Source: Candidatus Effluviviaceae Genus IV sp. (GTDB taxonomy: Bacteria; Joyebacterota; Joyebacteria; Joyebacterales; Joyebacteraceae). Taken from it: a stretch of DNA of 44,603 nt. The notes under the pieces are model-generated. The model was not told the DNA's origin. It did not search any database and saw only the letters and a list, made by a program, of their open reading frames with translations. Of the stretch, positions 38,829 to 44,603 are shown one piece after another. Made by a program: the position numbers and the translations under genes. The DNA lies in contig WJLY01000282.1 of NCBI GenBank assembly GCA_014728245.1, positions 1 through 44,603 on the forward strand, in the 5' to 3' direction. The first letter of the stretch is position 1. The number at the start of each line of letters is the position of its first letter.

Positions 38829-40826
38829 ATGGCCGTCAGCCGGATGCGGAAAGTACAGATCCTGGCGCACAAGGGCGTCAGGGACCGGGTAGTCACCGCC
38901 CTCCGCGAGGGGGGCGTCCTGCACATTACTGAGCCGCCGGAAGACGTCGCAGGTCCCTCAGGCGACGAGTCGGCCGAGACCCGCGGCCGGCGCACGCGCG
39001 AGCAGAAACTGGCGGCGCAGCTATCCAAGCTCGAGCATCTCCGCACGTACCTCAAGCCGTATGCCCCCAAGAAGAAGCCGCTGGAATCGATGTTCAATCC
39101 GAAGCTTCTTCTTACGAGCGAGCAGCTCCTCGGCATGGACAGCGAATTCGACGTCGACGAGCGGTATCGGGACGTGACGTCCATCGAAGGGGAGATCAGG
39201 AGCGCCGAGGCCGACATAGCGCGGAGAGAGTCGCTGGCCGCGGAGCTGGAGCATTGGGCCGCGCTGGGTATGCCCGTGGAGGATGTCGGCGACACGCGGC
39301 GGGTGAAGGTCCTGCTCGTTCGGACCCAGTCCTCGGAGTTCGATGGTCTGGCGCGGGAGCTGCCGGAGGAGGCGCACGGCGAGGTGATGGAGATCTCCCG
39401 GACCGGGTCGTCTGTCTTCGCCGCGGTCCTCTATCTTAAGGAAGAAGAACAGGCCGCCTCGGCGGTGCTCAAGAGGAGGGGCGCCAGGCAGGTCGACCTT
39501 TCGGGCGCGACCGGCCGCCCCGATGATGCGGCGCGGACGCTCCTCGAAGGGGCCGAGGCCGCGAGGGCCAGGATCGAGGAGTTGAAGGAGCGGGCCCGGA
39601 AGGCGGGCGAGCATTACGATCACGTGCTCGCGCTGCGCGACGAGACGGCTGAACGCCTCGCGAAGACCGAGGTGGAGAGGAGCTTCGCTGCGACGCGCGA
39701 GACGTTCCTGATGGAAGGGTGGCTTCGTTCGCGCGACGAGGAGCCGCTCAGACAGAGGCTCGGGGAGATCGGTGCGGAGATCGACATGAGCGCCCGGGAT
39801 CCCGAACAGGGTGAAGACGTTCCCATAGACCTCAGAAACAACCCGGCGGTGACGCCGTTCGAGTTCGTGACGACCCTGTACGGGAGACCGGTCTACTGGG
39901 AGTTCGACCCGACGCCGCTGCTCGCGCCCTTCTTCGTGCTCTTCTTCGGGCTGTGCGTGAGCGATGCCGGCTACGGGCTGGTGCTCGCGGCGACGACCTT
40001 CTTCTTCATGCGGAAGATGCAACCCGGCGGCGGCCGCAAGCTCATGCAGCTCCTCTTCCTGGGCGGGTTGGCAACGGCCGGCGTCGGCGCCGTCACGGGC
40101 GGCTGGTTCGGCATCGAAGCCGAGCAGCTGCCGCGTTGGCTGGCGGAGATGAGGATCAGCCTGAGCACGGGCGAGCGATTCAACCCTCTCGAGCACCCGA
40201 TGGTCATGCTCGACTTCGTGTTCCTTCTGGGTATCGCGCAGATCTTCACAGGGCTTGCTGTCAAGATGGTCGCCGATTTCCAGGAGCGGCGCTGGGCGGA
40301 CGGGATTTTCGACCAGCTCGTCTGGATAGTCTTCCTCGCCTTCCTCGCGCCGCTTGGCGCCGATTTCATCCTGGGCAAGGATCTCCCGGAGGAGCTGATG
40401 TCGGCCTCGCGGACGGGCGCAATGGTCACCGGCCTCGTCGTCGTGGCCACGGGAGCGAGAAAGAACCGCAATCCGGTGATGAAAGTGCTGGGAGGGGTTC
40501 TCAAGCTCTACGACGTGGTAGGCTATTTCGGAGACGTGCTGTCGTACGCGCGCCTGCTCGCGCTGGGGCTTGCGACCGGCGCGATAGCTATGGCGATAAA
40601 CGGCGTCGCCGAGATGGCGGGCGGCATCCCGGTCGTGGGGGTCGTCGCCATGATCGTCGTCCTGGTGGGAGGCCACGTCTTCAACCTCGCGGTCAACTGC
40701 CTGGGCGGGTTCGTGCACTCGGCGAGGCTCCAGTACCTCGAGTACTTCTCCAAGTTCTTCCAGGGCGGAGGGCGCGAGTTCTCGCCTTTCAGGGACGAGA
40801 GGCGCTATTCCATCGTAAGGGACTGA
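38829..40826 (+). CDS. ntpI: V-type ATPase subunit I (a-subunit, stator/ion channel)
   Basis: 665 aa. N-terminal cytoplasmic domain (MRKVQILAHKG...) and a C-terminal polytopic domain with the conserved SYARLLALGLA (essential Arg) and HVFNL..N.LG.FVHSARLQYLEYF. Confidence 0.92.
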   Translation: MAVSRMRKVQILAHKGVRDRVVTALREGGVLHITEPPEDVAGPSGDESAETRGRRTREQKLAAQLSKLEHLRTYLKPYAPKKKPLESMFNPKLLLTSEQLLGMDSEFDVDERYRDVTSIEGEIRSAEADIARRESLAAELEHWAALGMPVEDVGDTRRVKVLLVRTQSSEFDGLARELPEEAHGEVMEISRTGSSVFAAVLYLKEEEQAASAVLKRRGARQVDLSGATGRPDDAARTLLEGAEAARARIEELKERARKAGEHYDHVLALRDETAERLAKTEVERSFAATRETFLMEGWLRSRDEEPLRQRLGEIGAEIDMSARDPEQGEDVPIDLRNNPAVTPFEFVTTLYGRPVYWEFDPTPLLAPFFVLFFGLCVSDAGYGLVLAATTFFFMRKMQPGGGRKLMQLLFLGGLATAGVGAVTGGWFGIEAEQLPRWLAEMRISLSTGERFNPLEHPMVMLDFVFLLGIAQIFTGLAVKMVADFQERRWADGIFDQLVWIVFLAFLAPLGADFILGKDLPEELMSASRTGAMVTGLVVVATGARKNRNPVMKVLGGVLKLYDVVGYFGDVLSYARLLALGLATGAIAMAINGVAEMAGGIPVVGVVAMIVVLVGGHVFNLAVNCLGGFVHSARLQYLEYFSKFFQGGGREFSPFRDERRYSIVRD

Positions 40827-40872
40827 CACGCGCGGCCGACGCGCGGAGAGAGTGAGCGCGCCGCGCCGATGA

Positions 40873-41382
<510 letters not shown>

Positions 41383-41483
41383 GGGAGGCGGGGCGCGCGG
41401 GCCTTTCAGGGCTTGACGCGCGGGCACGACGACCTTTGCAGCCCCGGCCTCAGGGCCGCGGGCATCACCGGGACAATCGACCT

Positions 41484-42074
41484 ATGGCAGTTGAGGACAT
41501 CCTGAAGCGGATCCGGGCTGACGCCGAGCGCGAGGCGCGAGAGATCCTCGAGCGGGCGCGCCAGGAGGCGGACTCGATATCCGAGGACGCTCGCAACCGG
41601 GTCGAGGGGGAGCGCGAGAAGCTCATGTCCGCGGCTAGGCAGCGCGCCGACGAGGAGCGCAATCGCATCATCACTCTGGCGAAGCTGGAGGCGAGGCGGA
41701 CCGTTCTCTCCGAGAAGCAGCGGCTGATCGACCTCGTCTTCGAGCGGGTGAGAGAACGCGTCGTCTCGATGGAGCGCGGCGAGTACCGGCGGATGATCGC
41801 GGCCTTCCTGAAGGACGCGGCGGCGACCGGCGAGTACGAGGTACTCGTCGATTCCTCCGAGGAGAGGATTGACCAGAGCTTCCTCGACGAGGTCGCCTCG
41901 GAAGTTCCGGGACTCACGCTCCACCTGTCGGAGGAACGGAGGCCGGTCGTTGGGGGGTTCGTGTTGCGAAGCGGCCGCACAGAGACCAACTGCTCGCTCA
42001 AAACGATGCTGCGGGACGCGAGGGAGCGGCTAGAGACCGACGTCGCGGAGAGTCTCTTCGGGCGCGGGGAGTAG
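41484..42074 (+). CDS. ntpE: V-type ATPase subunit E
   Basis: Starts at MAVEDILKRIRADAEREAREILERARQEAD. The track ORF start at 41196 overlaps ntpK in another frame and is rejected. Confidence 0.85.
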   Translation: MAVEDILKRIRADAEREAREILERARQEADSISEDARNRVEGEREKLMSAARQRADEERNRIITLAKLEARRTVLSEKQRLIDLVFERVRERVVSMERGEYRRMIAAFLKDAAATGEYEVLVDSSEERIDQSFLDEVASEVPGLTLHLSEERRPVVGGFVLRSGRTETNCSLKTMLRDARERLETDVAESLFGRGE

Positions 42075-42086
42075 ACAGGGCCTTAA

Positions 42087-43088
42087 ATGTCGGACGACAC
42101 TAAATACGCCTATGCGGTAGCCAGGGTCCGGGGGATGGAGACCCGGCTGTTCACCAGGCAGATCGTCGAGCGGCTCCTCGCGGAATCCGTCGAGGGCGTT
42201 CTCTCGACGCTGGCCGATACGACCTACCAGGAAGCGCTCGCGGATGTGTCGCGACCCGAGGATCTGGAGCGGGGCCTTCTTAAGGCGCTCTCCGACACGT
42301 TCGCCACGCTGGCGGCGATGTCGCCGGAGCCCGAGCTCATCGGCCTCTTCCGCGAGCGGTGGGACTTCCGGAATCTACGCGCGCTGCTGAAGGCGTCGGC
42401 GCTCAAGACGGAGACCGATGAGATCGGCGTGGCTGAGGGGCCGGGCCTCGTCGAGCTTCCCGTGATCGAGAAGGCCGTTCACGAGAAGAGCTACGGAGCT
42501 CTTCCCGACCACATGGCGGAGGCGGCCAGGACAGCCGAGGAGGAGTACCGCGACCTGCCCGAGCTGTGGTGCATCGACCGCGTCATCGACGGGGCGCTCT
42601 GGAGGCGTTCCCTGTCGGTCGCGCGCGAGCACGGGAATATCTTCCTCGAGGACTACTTCAAGACGGAGATCGACCTCCACAATATCAGGACGTTCGTGAG
42701 GGTGAAGGAGGGCGGTGGCGATCCGGAGGCGCTCGACAGGGCCCTGGTGGACGGCGGGACGCTCGAGCGGTCGCGCTTCGCCGCCCTGCTGGACGAGCCG
42801 GTGGACGCTTTCGCGAGATCGATCGAGTACGGTCGCTACGCGCCTCTGGCCGAGGTCCTGCGAGACTGGTCGAGCGAGCGGATGCCCGATCTGGAGCGGG
42901 CGTCCGACGACTTCCTGCTGCGCATGACAGAGCGGGCTTCCACGACCGCGTACGGCATCGAGCCGCTGGTGAGATACATCCTCGTGAAGGAGCTCGAGAT
43001 CAAGCTGGTGCGTACGATCGTCACCGGCAAGCTCGACGCGGTCGACAGGAGTGAGGTGGAAAGCAGGTTGCGCTCGCTGCACGCGTGA
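42087..43088 (+). CDS. ntpC: V-type ATPase subunit C (V0 d-type)
   Basis: 333 aa with N-terminus YAYAVARVRGMETRLF, typical of A/V-type subunit C. Confidence 0.85.
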   Translation: MSDDTKYAYAVARVRGMETRLFTRQIVERLLAESVEGVLSTLADTTYQEALADVSRPEDLERGLLKALSDTFATLAAMSPEPELIGLFRERWDFRNLRALLKASALKTETDEIGVAEGPGLVELPVIEKAVHEKSYGALPDHMAEAARTAEEEYRDLPELWCIDRVIDGALWRRSLSVAREHGNIFLEDYFKTEIDLHNIRTFVRVKEGGGDPEALDRALVDGGTLERSRFAALLDEPVDAFARSIEYGRYAPLAEVLRDWSSERMPDLERASDDFLLRMTERASTTAYGIEPLVRYILVKELEIKLVRTIVTGKLDAVDRSEVESRLRSLHA

Positions 43089-43209
43089 CCCCGGTCGAAG
43101 AGTACGTCCGCCGCGCGTAGCCGTCCCGGTGGATACGGAAGGTCCGCTCCTTATCGCGGGCCTGGCCGAGAGCGCGACCCGGCGTAACTGAGCCCGTTGG
43201 AGGGCGCAT

Positions 43210-43539
43210 TTGCCCGACATTGCTTTCATAGGTGACAGGGACTCCGTCTGGGGGTTCTCCGCGTTCGGGGCCGCCGCCGTGCCCGTGGCCGGCTCCGAGG
43301 AGGCCAGGGCCGCCTTCGACGAGGCGGTGCGCGGCGGGACCTCGGTCATCTTCGTGACCGAGGACGTATACGAGGCCTGCGCGGAGCAGATCGACGCCCT
43401 CAGGAGCGAGACGCTCCCGACCGTGACCGTGCTTCCGGGGGTCACCGGAGCCAGGGGCATAGCGGCGGCTGAGATCCACGAGGCGGTGTCGGCCGCGGTC
43501 GGCGCGGACATATTCGGAGAAGAGTCGGCCGCCGGGTAG
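43210..43539 (+). CDS. ntpF: V-type ATPase subunit F
   Basis: 109 aa with a TTG start behind SD GGAGGG. IAFIGDRDSVWGFSAFG...VIFVTEDVY pattern. Confidence 0.8.
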   Translation: MPDIAFIGDRDSVWGFSAFGAAAVPVAGSEEARAAFDEAVRGGTSVIFVTEDVYEACAEQIDALRSETLPTVTVLPGVTGARGIAAAEIHEAVSAAVGADIFGEESAAG

Positions 43540-43710
43540 GGCCTGCGGACGGGACGGAGTGTGGCAAGGGGTCGACGCGGGGTCGGGCGGGCCGCGGCGT
43601 GACGATCGGCGGCCGGGGTGCCCGGGGCCCGGCGCTCCTGAGAGCTAGCCCTCTCCGGGCGTACGGCGTAAGACGAGAGCCTGACCCAGATCGAGTCACA
43701 GGAGACTTCA

Positions 43711-44603
43711 ATGGCAGAGACGACCGTGAAGGGGACCATTCGCAAGGTGTCCGGCCCGCTGGTCGTGGCCGACGGCATGCGGGAAGCCCGGATGTTCGAT
43801 GTGGTCCTCGTGAGCGACAAGAAGCTCATAGGCGAGATCATCGAGGTCAGGGGCGACCTGGCGTCGATCCAGGTCTACGAGGACACGAGCGGCCTCGGTC
43901 CGGACGAGCCGGTCGTGTCGCAGGGCGAGCCGCTCTCCGTCGAGCTCGGGCCGGGCCTGATCGAGTCGATCTACGATGGCATCCAGCGGCCCCTCGACAA
44001 GATCCGGGAGAAGGCGGGCGACCTCATCCCCCGCGGCATCCACGTTCCGGGGCTCGACCGCGAGAAGAAGTGGGAGTTCGGGGCGACGGCGACCGTCGGC
44101 GACGAACTCGAGGGCGGCGATGCGCTGGGGACCGTGAGGGAGTCCACTCTGGTCGAGCAGAAGATCATGGTGCCGCCGAACGTCTCCGGAGAGCTTCAGG
44201 AGCTTGAGAGCGGAACCTACACCGTCGAGGACGTGATAGGGAAGCTCGAGACCGAGGACGGGCCGTACGAGCTCAGGCTGATGCACCGCTGGCCGGTGCG
44301 CAAGGCGCGGCCGTACCGCGAGCGGCTGAGCCCGGAGGAGCCGCTCGTCACCGGGCAGCGCGTCATCGACGCGTTCTTTCCGATAGCGAAAGGCGGCACC
44401 GCGTGCGTGCCGGGCCCCTTCGGAGCGGGAAAGACCGTCATCCAGCACCAGCTCGCCAAGTGGGCCGACGCCGAGGTCGTCATCTTCATAGGCTGCGGGG
44501 AGCGAGGGAACGAGATGACCGACGTCCTGATGGAGTTCCCCGAGCTTACCGACCCCCGGTCCGGCGAGCCGCTCATGAAGCGGACCGTGCTCGTGGCCAA
44601 CAC
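43711..44603 (+). CDS. ntpA: V-type ATPase catalytic subunit A (5' part, runs off the window)
   Basis: Absent from the track because it has no stop. My translation from the ATG behind SD AGGAGA reads [23 protein letters not shown]...[37 protein letters not shown], which includes the Walker A motif. Confidence 0.93.
   Translation, partial: MAETTVKGTIRKVSGPLVVADGMREARMFDVVLVSDKKLIGEIIEVRGDLASIQVYEDTSGLGPDEPVVSQGEPLSVELGPGLIESIYDGIQRPLDKIREKAGDLIPRGIHVPGLDREKKWEFGATATVGDELEGGDALGTVRESTLVEQKIMVPPNVSGELQELESGTYTVEDVIGKLETEDGPYELRLMHRWPVRKARPYRERLSPEEPLVTGQRVIDAFFPIAKGGTACVPGPFGAGKTVIQHQLAKWADAEVVIFIGCGERGNEMTDVLMEFPELTDPRSGEPLMKRTVLVAN

Overview
GC-rich bacterial chromosome segment spanning the replication origin. 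Nearly every long ORF has an antisense or alternate-frame shadow ORF, so calls rest on recognisable protein families and start/stop geometry. Three blocks are present. (1) 1-13328, minus strand: a tightly packed operon of about 16 genes for an Mrp-linked group-4 [NiFe]-hydrogenase. It is headed by HydB/AsrA-like and HydG/AsrB-like subunits, a short molybdopterin-oxidoreductase-like protein and a HycB-like polyferredoxin. (2) 13693-26871, minus strand: dnaA, dnaN, recF, DUF721/dciA, gyrB, gyrA, then an unusual SPFH trio of a CDF-transporter::HflK fusion, HflC and HflK. The best oriC candidate is the dnaA-dnaN spacer. (3) 27367-44603, plus strand: rpmH, rnpA, yidD, yidC, jag, mnmE, mnmG, rsmG, an 836-bp non-coding spacer carrying five parS palindromes, parA, parB, a bactofilin, and a V-type ATPase operon (G/H-like, I, K, E, C, F, A partial). 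The most interesting items are the non-canonical electron-input module of the hydrogenase, the CDF-HflK fusion, and an obligatory lysine-rich extension of about 165 aa on GyrB containing an in-frame 168-nt duplication. Also notable are the parS array and a complete Na+-binding signature in the V-ATPase c-ring subunit. No tRNA, rRNA, CRISPR or mobile element was recognised. All homology statements come from reading the translations by eye, not from database searches.
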